In this document: positions 32,202 to 46,855 of the stretch, piece after piece | Numbering within the stretch: the stretch's first letter is position 1 | Layout: each line of letters opens with the position of its first letter | Assembly: GCA_029953675.1 (NCBI GenBank) | Contig: JAMWBK010000008.1 | Location: forward strand, 1,736,001-1,800,000 | DNA from: Rhodosorus marinus CCMP1338 | Taxonomy: Eukaryota; Plantae; Rhodophyta | DNA length: 64,000 bases | Reading direction: 5' to 3' | Notes under the pieces: model-generated | The model's input: the letters and a program-made list of their open reading frames with translations, nothing else | Databases searched by the model: none | What the model was told of the DNA's origin: nothing | Program-made: the position numbers and the translations under genes

Positions 32202-35200
32202 ATGGGTGAAGTTGCTGAAGGCTTTGAGACTGGGCTGAAGGAATTCGAAAGCCGGATCGGGGGATGCGAGCACGCGCTGAATTTGTTTGCGAGTGCCGGC
32301 GATCGAAAGGCTTTGGAGCTGGTTGAAAGAGAGTTAAAGGCCGTTGGCGGGGTTTTGGAGGATTTAAGTCTTCTACCTGATGAATTGGAAACCAACGAGG
32401 AGTCGGACGCAGCTTGGTCCCGTCTGGAAATTGCAAGGACAAGCCGAGAGGAGTTGTCCAAACAAATGCGTCGGCTTGTGCAGGAAAACCGCGCGGTTCT
32501 TGCAAATGCAGCGAGACAGGAGCTCCTCCAGGCTGCTCAGAAAGATACTGGAAAGGGAGAGAAGTCAAGCATGGGACAACTCGCAACCTCAATCACGTCA
32601 GGCATGAGGAGAACACATGCCCTCCTAGAGAACGAAGTAGCCAGGACGTCCACAATCACAGAGGTAGATGCTGACTTCCAAGCACCACTCCAAGTAGACG
32701 CTCACTAAACGCTCTCATACCAACTCCCCAAAACAGGTCGTTGAGGACCAAACTTCAACCATAACCAAGACCGGAGACGTCTATCGAGATCTAGGCGCTA
32801 AAGTAACCACAGGACAGGGCACAGTACGACGGCTACGAACAAGGTAACCTTTCCAAGCTCCAACACGAATCTGGAATCTCTTCCATAGCACCATCTCGAG
32901 CTCTATCCTAAGGCTACTCCATCCTAAGGCTCTTGCAGCCCGAAGAGAGTACGTCAGGACCCGGCGCTTCGGGTTACTTCGCGGGCCACTTAGCTCAGTA
33001 GAGTTCGCTCAATAGATCCATTTTGGACCCAAGTAGATAAACTTTTAAGACTGGAACCACTAATCTGAACGCACCTTCCCGTCTTCTTCGTCAAATCCAT
33101 TAGAGAGAGAGCTGAGCGATGGGCCGTAAACGTTGCTATGATTTTCTTCCTGGTGTCGGTAGCGTTTGTACTTCAGCGTCGTGTGAGCAACACCTTTGTG
33201 GTTCGAAGAGTGGTAGAACCCGCCAGTCGTGGAGTCTTCATGGCTTTGAAATGGCCTGTCGCTCAGTTGAAAGAGCAGCTTGGGATCGACTTCGATGAGA
33301 CCTCACTGGGTAGCATGTTAGGGAAGAAGGATCCTTTCAGTAGTGGCTCAGCTCTTGTGGATTTAGGGTCTCAAGGCGATGATGAGGATGATGAAGTGGG
33401 GGGTATTAAAGCGTTCAAGAAGCTGGAGAGAGAGAGGCAGTTTAAGAACAAGAAGACTCCGCTTGTGGAGTATGTGGTCATGCCCGAGGAAGAGGATCCA
33501 TCTTGGGAGCCACCGTTCGACTTGGAAGGAGACAACGAAGGTGAGATCGATGAGAAAAGGGAAGAACCTTCCGATGAAAGAGAGCCAGAGCCAGGTTTGG
33601 GAATGGGCGAACAGAAGGAAGCAGTACCTACTGATGCAGGAGAACCAGAACCTGGAACTGGACTAGGTGAACAGAAAGAAGCGAAAGAATCTGATGCAAG
33701 AAGAGAACCAGAGCTGAGTGAGGGAATAGAGGAACAGCAAGAAGCAACAAAATCTGCTGAGATTGGGGACGGTCGAGATGACGACCTTGACGAGCGCGTG
33801 AGGGCCCGACAGGCGCGGATAAGAGAGCGAAGGAGAAGAAGATATGAGCAAGAGGATGCCGGTCCATCCACTGAGATCCTGACGGAAGACCCTGAGCAGG
33901 CCCAGGAGCGTGAGATCGAGCAAAACCTTGAGCAAGAGCGCGTAGAAGAAGAAATCAATGAACATTTCAAGCTGGAGTCGGTCGACGATGAGAGGGATAT
34001 CGAACTCGAGACTTTTTCTGGTGAGTTCACTCTGACTTGTGCTCGCGGGCGCCGTGGAGGTCTTCGACTTGCCCCTTTATTCCTCATTACGTGATCACGG
34101 AGTGCTTCCCCTCATTTTTTTTATCTGTTGTCGTATGAGCTAGAAGACGGAGCGGAGTCTCAGGAGGAAGGCGAGGAAGAAGTGGTAGAACCCGGCTGCG
34201 AAGCCAGCGGAGACGGCCAGTGCAAAGCCGTTGGAGAATCCGAAGAGAAGAAATCGATCGATGATAAACGAGGTGATTTCTTGAACATGTGGAAAGGTCG
34301 ATGTGCTGGGGACGCATTATGTGGCTAAACATCTTTTTCTGTTGTCCAAATGGTTCTGTTCAATCCGTACGGTGTAGATCTTGAACAAGATGATGATGGC
34401 TTTGGAGATGAAAGCGAACTCTCGTCGGAAGATAGCTCTAGCGAAGGTGACTACATAGCAGACGCAGAACAAGAGACAGCGGCTGCAGTCGAGGACGGCG
34501 ATGTCCGGAAAGATCTTGAACAAACTCGCGAGATTTCTTCGGAGTCGGAGCTGGTGACTGATGAACAAGAGAATTTGGTGGAGGACGGAGAGCAGGCTGC
34601 TCTCGAGGTGCTGAACGACGAACCTTCAGGAGTCGGAGAGGATTCAGATGAAGGTGGTCCTGGAATAGAAGGAGACTCCGGCGCCGTGCTTGAGGAGAGC
34701 AACGTGCAGCAGGTGACAGATCACGCAGGAGAGCTTGTGATTGACAAAGAACATGGCCAAATTGAAGCAAAGGAAGAGGAAGAGGAGAGATCCGCGCCTT
34801 TGAGCGACGATAGAGCAGGGAAGGAGAAGGAAGAAGATCTCTCTGTGGCATTCGGAGAGGAAGCCGGTGAGACCCTCCTGACTGGGAATGGAGCTGGACC
34901 GGAGGAAGAGCACGACTCACGAACCAAGAGCGAGGAGGGAATTGTGCGGGAAGCAGAGTACTCGCTGTCTGAGGCTGAGGCTCCTGCCGGCGCTCATAAC
35001 CCTGACATGCACATAAATTCCGATCAGCACCCTGAATCACGTGCAGACGATGATAAGGCCGAAGACACCGAGATGGAGCGTGTCGAGGATGGCATGGACC
35101 ATGGCGATGAAATCAGCGAAGAGCATGTAGTCGAAGTATCTGCCGAAGAGGCTGAGCAGGTTGATCCTGAATCTGCCGTTGATGATCAAAGCTACGACAT

Positions 35201-35867
35201 GGGTATGGGGAAAGAGTCTCAGTACACTGTAGATAGGGTGGAGAGCTTGGAGGAAGAAACTTCAGGAGGAGACAGAGGGAATCTAGAGCAAGGTTCCGAA
35301 GGCAGTTGGGCAGGCGAACCCACTACGCGGGCGCAACAGGCAGAGGAGGAAATGGGTGAAGGGACTGCAGAACATGAAGAGTTCGTGGAAGCGTCGGGTC
35401 AAGAAACTAATGAACTGAACAGCTACTCGCATGTCGCAGTTGACGATGAGAGCTCCGACGAAACTCACCACGGCAACACTGACGGCGATAAACTCAAACG
35501 CGATTCTCAAGCCGCGGAAATGGATGAAGTTATCGATGAGAGCACGATCGCCTCCGACATTGGAGTTCGCTCTGAAGCGCAGGACGTCGAAGGGGACTAT
35601 GAAGAACACGGAGTTGGAGAGGACGAGGACGCCGGGGCGCCAGACGATATTCCAAGTATGGAGGCTCATGTTCGGGTCGGTGCAACTCCTTCAGACACCA
35701 CGGAGTCCACGCTCGAGGAGGAAACCGCTGGGGAGGCTCTCACGCTTGAGCACTTTGCTGATCAAGTGGATCCATCCAGTCCGAACGCGAGTGAAAATCT
35801 ACTTGATGAGGAAGGCAACTACGTTTTCGAGCACGAGGCAAACCAATTCGAAGAATACGAATTATGA
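32202..35867 (+). CDS. SEC20: SEC20 (ER Qb-SNARE) with a very long acidic luminal tail; 5 exons, ~1034 aa
   Basis: Exons 32202-32663, 32737-32843, 33104-34020, 34144-34272 and 34378-35867. All GT-AG phases are compatible and the total is 3105 nt; an alternative donor at 34297 is also in phase. Sec20 motif SITSGMRRTHALLENEVART...DQTSTI, TM WAVNVAMIFFLVSVAFVL followed by QRR, C-terminal EYEL. Confidence 0.75.
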
Positions 35868-36304
35868 GCCTAAAAGCTGTAGATCGTTCAGAGTAAAGAT
35901 ATGCTCGTATGCGCGTGGAGCAGATTCGCAACAGAAAAGCAAATTAGTATAGGAGCTAGCACTGATGCCGATGATCACGAATCCATTGCGGAGACAGTGT
36001 CCGAAGAACATAGTTCCGGGATTTTGGCTTGAACCAAGGGATGGAGTAGTTGAGGAAGGACGAGACCTCGTGCGCGGGAGTTTCTCTTTCTTAAACCCCC
36101 CGGGCTTTCCCAGTCGCTACACCGAGGATGTGGGCTGTTTGGTAGTGCCGCCTTATCGGAATGCAAGAGTTCCCTGTTAAACATGAATGCCAGCTTCTAT
36201 CTCATTTATTTAACAGCTGCAGCTCAATAGGAGGGAGCTCCTGAGGATAGGGGAGCCGTACGCCCTCCTTCAGAAATATCCCGGGCCGGAGTGGCGAGTA
36301 TTGC

Positions 36305-37792
36305 TCAAAACATGGATTGGTTGGGCGGCACGGCACAGATCCCACTATAGTCGAGGAGGGTGCCGTTATACAACGTCGTGGTTACCTCAGATCTGTCCCA
36401 CGGGAGGTTGAAGACGAACCTGGCTTTGATTCTCGCTTTTCCGTACGTCTGCTCGAAGGGCAGGCCCTGGATTTGACGATTGATGGTCGCGGAGTAGAAG
36501 CCGGCCTCATCGATGGTCGTTGAGTACCACCTCGTGCTGAACCCTTTGTTGTTACCGTTCTCGTTCCAAAACACTAGCCAGTAGTGAACCGTTCCAATCG
36601 GACTATCCGCGTGCAGTGTGAACGAAAACTGAAGGTTGAAAGGGCATTCGTCTATTACAGGAGGCGGCGGGCCATGGAAGGACTGCAACTTCAACATCCT
36701 CGCCCTCGTAAAGCTCTTATACTTCACTTGGAAGCACCATTCCAGGGGTGGCAGCTCGACGGGGGTAGGTCCTGGAGGAGGCGGTCCTGATGGATATGGA
36801 GTTGGCGTTGGCGTCCAACCATGGCCACCCCCAACGTTTGTTACTCCCAGAAGCTCAACGTGGTCCGGGAACCAACTTCGAAACGCGGGTATGGAGGTGA
36901 CATGATTTTCGACGGGGTAGGAGGAGGACGCTGCTCCTTGAGTATACCTCGCCTCCCCGAGAAAACGGAAATATAGCTGCTCATAGATCAAGTCGTTGAC
37001 TGGGTCCATTATTGAGGCCTGCACGTGATCCTTGGCGAGCTCCTGCTGGAGGTTCAGGAGGATGCTCGATCCAATCACATCGTTAACCGCCTCGAGCTTG
37101 CCTGAAATATTTGCTATGTGGCTATTCATCCAGAATGGAGATGATATCGAACCCACAGACATCTCAACGGCCTCAGGTGAAAGTTTCAATCGCCACTCCT
37201 GACCCCTTGTGTAGTAGGACTCAAATCCGTAGGTGACGGTGATTTTATAGTCGATTAGATCACCTCCGTAGCCCTGGTACCCGTCCTGACATTTTGTCAT
37301 CGTGTCGTCTCTGAAGCACCCGACTCGGGTTTCCATTCCAGACGTATCCATGGTGAACTCTTGCAGTAGGAAAGAGTCGTCGCTGCCTTGGTGAGTGTCT
37401 ATGAGGTACTTTGTCGAACCAGAAAGTATCTCGCTCAAATAAATCTCGTAATTCCTGTTCGAATTTGGCTCTAGTGGACTCTTCTCCAACGGCGTCGCTG
37501 GGGCGTTCACAAGGTGCTTCGTTCCTCCGTTGGAAAGCTGGATCCAGCTGCCCTGTGGGTCGTGGAACCTTGTCTGTGCGTCTATCCATTGTCCATAGTT
37601 GTTCAGCTGAATTCTGAATTGGCTCAGCTGCGGCACGATGGCGTTGTAAACATAACCAGTGTGTATACAGAAATCCTGCACAACACTCAAATCTCTTGGT
37701 GTCTCGTTGCCCACTTCCTTCGGAGGCGTAGGAGCCCCACAGGCCATTCCAGAAATCACTAGCCAACACCATAAGAGCTGGAATGCCACCAT
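36305..37792 (-). CDS. Secreted protein of unknown function (two domains separated by a Pro/Thr linker)
   Basis: 495-aa intronless ORF; signal peptide MVAFQLLWCWLVISGMACG; linker WTPTPTPYPSGPPPPGPTP. Confidence 0.8.
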   Translation of the reverse strand: MVAFQLLWCWLVISGMACGAPTPPKEVGNETPRDLSVVQDFCIHTGYVYNAIVPQLSQFRIQLNNYGQWIDAQTRFHDPQGSWIQLSNGGTKHLVNAPATPLEKSPLEPNSNRNYEIYLSEILSGSTKYLIDTHQGSDDSFLLQEFTMDTSGMETRVGCFRDDTMTKCQDGYQGYGGDLIDYKITVTYGFESYYTRGQEWRLKLSPEAVEMSVGSISSPFWMNSHIANISGKLEAVNDVIGSSILLNLQQELAKDHVQASIMDPVNDLIYEQLYFRFLGEARYTQGAASSSYPVENHVTSIPAFRSWFPDHVELLGVTNVGGGHGWTPTPTPYPSGPPPPGPTPVELPPLEWCFQVKYKSFTRARMLKLQSFHGPPPPVIDECPFNLQFSFTLHADSPIGTVHYWLVFWNENGNNKGFSTRWYSTTIDEAGFYSATINRQIQGLPFEQTYGKARIKARFVFNLPWDRSEVTTTLYNGTLLDYSGICAVPPNQSMF

Positions 37793-38559
37793 ATTGATCA
37801 GATTCAGACCTCGCTCTCTTATTAATGGATCAGTTTCCTGCGCCCGTCTCCCCTAGGCTATATCACTCCACCACTGATGCCAATCCCCAGTCTAGACTCA
37901 CGGTCAATTGTCTTTATGTACCCACCCAAAGATGCCGTGTTAAGAAGTTCTTTCGTCGTTGTGGAACAATGAGGCACTCCTTAACTCTTTGGATTATTGA
38001 AATAGACGTATCGCCACGGGAACACACTCAGCATTCCTCCAGTCAAGCTACCATCGAATCCATCAGACAAAATGAGGAGGGGTTGGAATTTGAAAAAAGC
38101 AAGTAAAACACACTTCACGCGTCAGGAATTAGAAAGGAAACCATTCTGAACAGGACTATCCACAACCAAAATCAGTGGTACTCCAAAGTTCCATAGCCAA
38201 ACCTACCCCCCTCCTCCCAATACACCGCAGGATGTTGAGAGCCATCCGACCCCCTTCACCGTGCCCTCACCGGGCCCTCACCGGAATCGACATTTTTTGC
38301 TTAATATCGTAATTATATAGCGTATATCTCCCATATATTGTTAAAATCTCTGAAAACAATATTTTTAATAAGTAAAAAAGAGTAACTGGTTTTGGGATTT
38401 TTATTACTATAATATGTTATTTTGATCGTATATATGGTCAATTCGGAAGATCCCGGTATCCAATCATTGATCATCGTTGTGCGAGACCACGCTGAGAGGA
38501 TGGAAACTAGGCTGAGAAGTGGGAACTGGGGCCCATGGAACTAATGTGGAATGAGAATG

Positions 38560-38960
38560 CCACAACGCTACAAGTCACATGCTTGTGACTTCCCTGTCCC
38601 TGTTCAAGGACACCCACTAGAGGTGGCTCCTTTTTTTTTCAGTATGCTGCTGATAGCACTCGGCAGTAGAGATAGAAAACCCGAGGGCTCGTCACCACGG
38701 TGGCAAAATGCAGAAGCCATGAACCGCCAGTGAGTTTCGACATCAAAAGAAACCCGGTGAGGCACAGGTGATTGCAGGGCGGTCACAGTCGTAAGGGCCT
38801 CCTGGTGTATACAACCGCGTTGTTGGAGTACGCACGATTCAATCAGCATCCAACTAAGTACCTTGAGAGTGTCCGAATAAGTTATCTTCTTCAGATGGCC
38901 TGACACCGGGTGAGATCTTCAGTAGTGGCTCTCAACCCTTTGCTTCAATATTTACAAACC
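38560..38960 (-). mobile_element. Degenerate Ty3/Gypsy RT-RNase H remnant
   Basis: EALTTVTALQSPVPHRVSFDVETH...DEPSGFLS resembles K.ALT.APVL..PD...PF.VETDAS...PVAF.S. Confidence 0.55.
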
Positions 38961-39946
38961 AGCCTGTGCGCAGCTCGTCAGTTGCCAGAGTCCACAATCC
39001 GACGCGAAGATACCTGCTCTCCGTGCACAGCAGGGAGACAATTCAGGAGCAGGCCATCGAGTAGGGATGGCTTGGTAACGTTGAATCTGATTTCTCTACC
39101 TCCAGCCTAATCACACCCACAATACATTGATCTGACCACAGCGCGCTCTTTCCCTTTGATAATGATTGATGAACTAATAATGATTGAAGGTCACGTCGCG
39201 GGTGCCTCTTTCAAGCCTCCCACAACTTAGGGACAATTGCTATCGATCTGCTTAACCTTAGAGTGGTTTCGATTTCATAGACTCTGCTGGCTCCCGTTTG
39301 GGTTTGTGTCTTCCTGTGTGCTACACAAGTTTTACGATGTATTGTGTAGCTTGGCTTTGCAGAGATCGGTAATCTTATCCATCCGCGGCGTGGGTGTGTC
39401 TATCTCGACCCTATGAAGCCCCTTTGACAGTCCCATCGGTAGAAAATCTTTTGTAGTAGATCAGTTCGACTTCTCCTAAGCAGTCCAAACCTCTACAAAT
39501 CGAAAGGTTAAACGCGCTAAACGACGTATAGATCGGTCACGGCGATACCCGCAGAAGCGTCCAAGCGGGACCCAAGAGAAGCTTTGAGCTCCTGCATGTG
39601 TTTCACTAGTTCCTTTGGGTGGCGGACTGTGGCTATGAGCTATCGATTAGCAACAAGGTCTCCATTCTTGGACCTACTGCAGGCTCCTTGACCTCCATAG
39701 GGGTTCAGTTACAGAAAAGTATAACTGAAATACTTTTCTGATGGACGAAAAGACCAACAAGAAGAAAGGCTCAACCCGCGAAGGAGTTTGGGTTTCTATT
39801 AAGGTCCTTTCAGTTTGCTGGTGACGGCTTTGGAAGAGGGTAGCAGGTACCTTGCTCATCTTTTTTTTCAAGGAAGAAGGCGAAGGTTGGAGTAGGAGGT
39901 AGGAGCACCGGCCGACTTCGGGAGGAAGTCCATAAATTTTTGTGGT

Positions 39947-40495
39947 ATGATGCAAGCGACAAGGAAAACGATGCACTTTGGGATAAGGAGGCTATTCCAC
40001 ACGAGTAGAAGCAGGTTAAATAAGTTTATGCTTATCCCGTTAACGAAAGAGGATAAGTGCTTGGATAGGAAGGCGTATGACCCGCAAAGGGAGAAGAAGC
40101 GACTAACGGGGTTTCACAAAGAGCTCACGAGAGCCGTGGAGCGCGTTTTGCCGATGAGTGAACTTCTAATGAAAGCCGAAATTTACGTTGATGATATAGT
40201 TTTGGACAAACGCGGTCGCAATGCAACCATTGTTTTCACCAGTGGGCTAGTCCGGAATGGGAATTGGCTGGGTCCGGATCTGATAGAAGCACTTCACAAC
40301 GAATGGATGACCTACCGAGACTATGTGGGCCGTGCCTACCGATCGAAAATTAGAACGGGGCCGTTACCATCAATAAAATTCGAGTACGCTGCAGTCCCGG
40401 AAGGAGGCGGTCACAAGGAGAGAATGGCAGCCTTTATAAGAAACGTGAAGCAGAAAGGGACGAAGTTGAAGGATCCTGTTCCAATGGAAGATTAG
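39947..40495 (+). CDS. Ribosome-binding factor A-like protein, probably mitochondrial
   Basis: Arg-rich presequence; IYVDDIVLDKRGRNATIVF...LIEAL...YRDYVGRAY...PLPSIKFEY follows the RbfA KH-like pattern. Confidence 0.6.
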   Translation: MMQATRKTMHFGIRRLFHTSRSRLNKFMLIPLTKEDKCLDRKAYDPQREKKRLTGFHKELTRAVERVLPMSELLMKAEIYVDDIVLDKRGRNATIVFTSGLVRNGNWLGPDLIEALHNEWMTYRDYVGRAYRSKIRTGPLPSIKFEYAAVPEGGGHKERMAAFIRNVKQKGTKLKDPVPMED

Positions 40496-42313
40496 CCAAA
40501 CTCTACGGCTGAAGAAATTTGCGAAGACTTACAACTCGGGAGAATATGGCTCTATAGACTCAGCGAGGCACTGATATGGAAACGCGAGATGCTTGAGTGG
40601 AGCCTGAAGCATGATAGAAGAGAGTATTAATATACTACTTGCCCTCAAGGTTATGTTGAGCTGGAAAGATCTGTATCGTGTTCACCTAGGCGGATCAAGG
40701 AGCGGTCTTGTCGTCGGACGGGCTTGACATGTGGGAATACTCATGAGCGTCGCTGATCGAGGACCATTGTGCGGTCTCGGAAGTCGGAAGTTGCCTTGTA
40801 TCCTGCTCATCGGGGATACAGAGAGATGAGAATCTGTCCGCACTCCATTTATGCATTCTTGCTCTAGAGTGGAGGACGTGGAAGCGAGTTGGAACGAAAC
40901 CTTTCCCACATCGCAAGTGGATACTCGATCGGAAACAGGGGATTCACCCCCAGAGCGCGCATGTGCACTCAAGCATCGCGAGACTGAGATATGGCTTTCC
41001 AGAAACTTCAAAATACAATGCGTATGGCGTGCCCACATGCACCAAACTGAAGCGCCACTGAGACTGCATGCGAACTCGAGCTTATCGAGTTCCGTGGTAA
41101 CATAAAGAGACAAGACGGTCAAGGCTACAGCAGGATTTAACGCGTAGAAGACAACTCTCACCAGTCTGCAGAGGACAAGGTCTGACCACCTGGGAGTGGA
41201 CAATTCTCATTTTTCTTTTTTCACGAGCTCTTGGAGGCCAATGTCCCAACCCTCAAATGAACATAAGGACGCGTGTTCTGAAATGGTTGCATACAATCAA
41301 ATGAACGAGAAGCGATCATTGGATTTTTGACACGCGTGCAGGGATATCTATGGTGCTTAGAGACACGTGTCAAGTGTTCGTGGGTTAGTCTGGATATGTT
41401 AGGATATTATACCCAAAAACAATAAAAATTCAAATAATCAAGAACGAACTAGAGTTGGTAGGGGTAGATGATAGTGTTGAGAGTTAATATCCTCAGTTAT
41501 TTGATAAACTGTTTTACTTTTTTGCATTGGCGTGTGTTGAGCCCCCCCCCCTAATATTCGGCGGTTGAAGATTTCCTCCGCGCCCCATACTTAATTAAAG
41601 GCCAGTATTTAGGAGGAGTTTTTCATTCATTCCTCCGCAAATGAGTTCTATTGCAAAACCCATCGTCAATTTTGAGGAATATTAAGGACACTATTTGTCG
41701 TAAAAGTCGATCTCAATCACCCCCCCTCCGGTGATGCAAAGGCACAGAAACCCTAAGAAAACTTCGTAGAAAATGACCAAGATATCTCCAAAACTAGAAT
41801 ATGCATCCCATTCCATCAACAAATATCTCTTCGATAAAGATCCGACCATTCAACCCCCCTCCCCTTTTAGAAACGATCAAAACGTAAAAATCCGACATCC
41901 GATTTGAGACGTCATTTTCATACCGAAAACCGGACTCATCTCCGTACAAACTAAAATTACTATAGCAACACCATTAAAAATTATAAATTACATTTATAGT
42001 ACATGTATATTAAGTATTATTTACCGTAAAACTATTCTGCTGTCTCTTATTAAATCCTGATCTAGGTTTTTCCACCGCGGATAAATATCTTCACCCCCTC
42101 AAATATATCCAAAGTTTGTTTTTTATTAGTTTTTAGGGCCAAAACTACACGCGGGGCACATTTCGCGAAATCCGATCTAACGGTGATGCACGGGATTGGT
42201 AAGTCTCTGTCGGGATATGCTTTGGAACTGGAGAGTGAGAAAAAACAAAAGGGGGTTTGGGGGGTGGCTTTGGATTCTGGTATCATATTCTTACTGAGTT
42301 GAGATAGTAATTT

Positions 42314-42314
<1 letters not shown>

Positions 42315-42350
<36 letters not shown>

Positions 42351-42360
42351 AGAGAGAGAG
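42315..42360 (+). repeat. (GA)n microsatellite upstream of THIC
   Basis: Direct reading; ~145 bp upstream of the ATG. Confidence 0.95.
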
Positions 42361-42505
42361 TATATATAGAGTGCCGGGTTGGGTTAGGGGAAGCGTAGGG
42401 GAGGGTGCGGGTGAGGAGAGGATTGGTGTGGAGGCGGTTTTAATATTTGGGAGGGAGAAGTATTTTGGATTTGGTGTTTGGGTTTGGATTTGGTTTTTGG
42501 GAAGG

Positions 42506-44994
<2,489 letters not shown>

Positions 44995-45469
44995 ACATAT
45001 GGACACGGCGAAGGCCAGAGAGGCAGTTTGGACAAAATCATCAACATGGCATATATGAGGAGAGAAACGGAGATCTTTTATTGTTGATTTGTTTGCACAT
45101 CCGTGGTCTCTGCTTTGGGAGAAATTTATTCCGGCGTCTGTAAACAGTAGAAAGCGTGTCAGTCTACAGCTCCCGTCCGGAAGTATCAAAGTCTAGAATT
45201 TTATTTCTTCCCCCTCACCCGGTTGTCTCACATCTTCTTAGTAAGTCTACAGATTTGGTTCGTTTTTAGTCATAGCTTTGTAATCACGAGAAATAAAACA
45301 AAAAATAAAGAAAAAAATTAATAATGTTCGTTCATTATAGTCTTCCAGCTCGATGGCCGGGGGCTTTGCATACGAATTGTTGATGTGTGCCAGCTAGAGC
45401 GGAAGTGGAGTATTTATTGTATAGTAGCGTCGAGCCAGAGATGACTGGACTGTTTTTTGATGGCAATCT

Positions 45470-46099
45470 CTAGTCATTCCTACCGTCGGTAGTTGGATCA
45501 AGCGCGCTTGGATCCATTGTATTCTGACCTTTTCGAGAAGCTCTGTTCTTGCTGTCAATGAGCAAGTATTGCGCGTCAATATCGGCTGGAGTATCCACGT
45601 ACATCAGACCTTTCTTTCCGAGCGGTGCAATGAAATCAAAGTGAAAGTCTTCAACAGTTTCGTCCGGGTTCCTCAATCTGGAATCCATGAGTAGGTGATT
45701 AGGATTCGCCTCTACTCTAATTCCGGACATTAGAAGAGTTTCAAGCATCCCGAAGAGCCTTGCACGATTCAGTCGACGACTTGATTGCTTTTTTCGATCA
45801 GTGGGGTACGCCATTTGCGGACGCAACCACAGCGTTTTTATACCGCGCTCTAAGCATTTTCCCCCGATGATCGAGGCCAATTTCCATGCGGCGGCAGCAC
45901 TGTGCGAAGGTCCGTGGTAGGGTACAAAACGCGTAATGAATTCGTCCTCTGCTGTGGACATGTACAAGACGTTCCGGGAATTGCTGTGGGTGTCCGCAAC
46001 TCCCAACCACGTAGAAGCTGCGTTCAATCCCACTGATAGCATATATCGCCGCTTCATGAACTCACGAAGCCGATCAGGCTGTGGCCATGCAAGAGGCAT
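45470..46099 (-). CDS. Organellar (probably mitochondrial) ribosomal protein uL18-like with C-terminal extension
   Basis: MSTAEDEF...SHSAAAAWKLASIIGGKCLERGIKTL...Y...ARLFGMLETLLMSGI resembles the uL18 pattern AST.E...AA..G..A.R..E.GI. Confidence 0.7.
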   Translation of the reverse strand: MPLAWPQPDRLREFMKRRYMLSVGLNAASTWLGVADTHSNSRNVLYMSTAEDEFITRFVPYHGPSHSAAAAWKLASIIGGKCLERGIKTLWLRPQMAYPTDRKKQSSRRLNRARLFGMLETLLMSGIRVEANPNHLLMDSRLRNPDETVEDFHFDFIAPLGKKGLMYVDTPADIDAQYLLIDSKNRASRKGQNTMDPSALDPTTDGRND

Positions 46100-46855
46100 A
46101 TCTTCAGTTCATCCACGGCTACCCAACAACTTGAATCCTACTCCAACCGCATCTCACCGCAACAAAATTTTCTCTCTTCATCGCTCCCCGCTAACGGATC
46201 CTTCATTACCCGGAAGGCCGGTAAAAGCTTCCAGAGCACAAAATCTTGCTGCCGAACTAACACTGCTTAGCCATGCCCCCCCCCCCCCCAACAACATCCT
46301 CTCCCTCCGACTTGACGCCCCTTTCATGCTTGGGAGCTTGCTAGAGATAAAGGGGTTGCCCACACTGCGACAGAGTGGCGTCTTGCTGTCGACTGCTCTC
46401 CCGAAGGGCTAGCTATAAGATTGTGGCGATTACGTCCATTGAACTGGAATGGCCTGAAAGCTTGGTTTCTCGGCTCTGGCTGGGTCTTGCACATTCTTGT
46501 TCTTGTGTTCGTTTAGAATCAGTAAAAAGCAGTAAAAAGCAGGTGTCCTGACGGAGCTTCTCTCTTAGTACTCTTCTTGTACGTTCGCGTAACGTACGAG
46601 TAGCCGATTGAGGATCTATACATCTAGAAAATAACAATGGCTCCCTTAAGGGGTGACCCTTGTTCCCAGTCGCACCTCCGATTACAGAATAAAGTGAAAA
46701 ATAAAATCCATTTCGGGTTAAGGAATCACATAGCAAGGGCACATAATATGGCTTAGCACACCCACGTTCCCTTTGACATCGGCACTTTGCGGCCCATGTC
46801 CGCAATGCACGCTGAAACAGGATCTTGTCTTTTGCCTATTGGATACGTTTTGCGC

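Noticed and set aside
32844-33015. Alternative short SEC20 ending (acceptor near 32888, stop at 33013-33015)
   Set aside because: It gives no transmembrane anchor; the 33103 acceptor is phase-correct and supplies the canonical TM plus RR.
33371-35040. Long Ser-rich antisense ORFs (33371-34087, 34438-35040 and similar)
   Set aside because: Shadow frames of the Glu/Asp-rich SEC20 tail.
40682-41203. 173-aa minus-strand ORF or integrase-like remnant
   Set aside because: No recognisable motifs in correct order; cannot be supported as a gene or TE.
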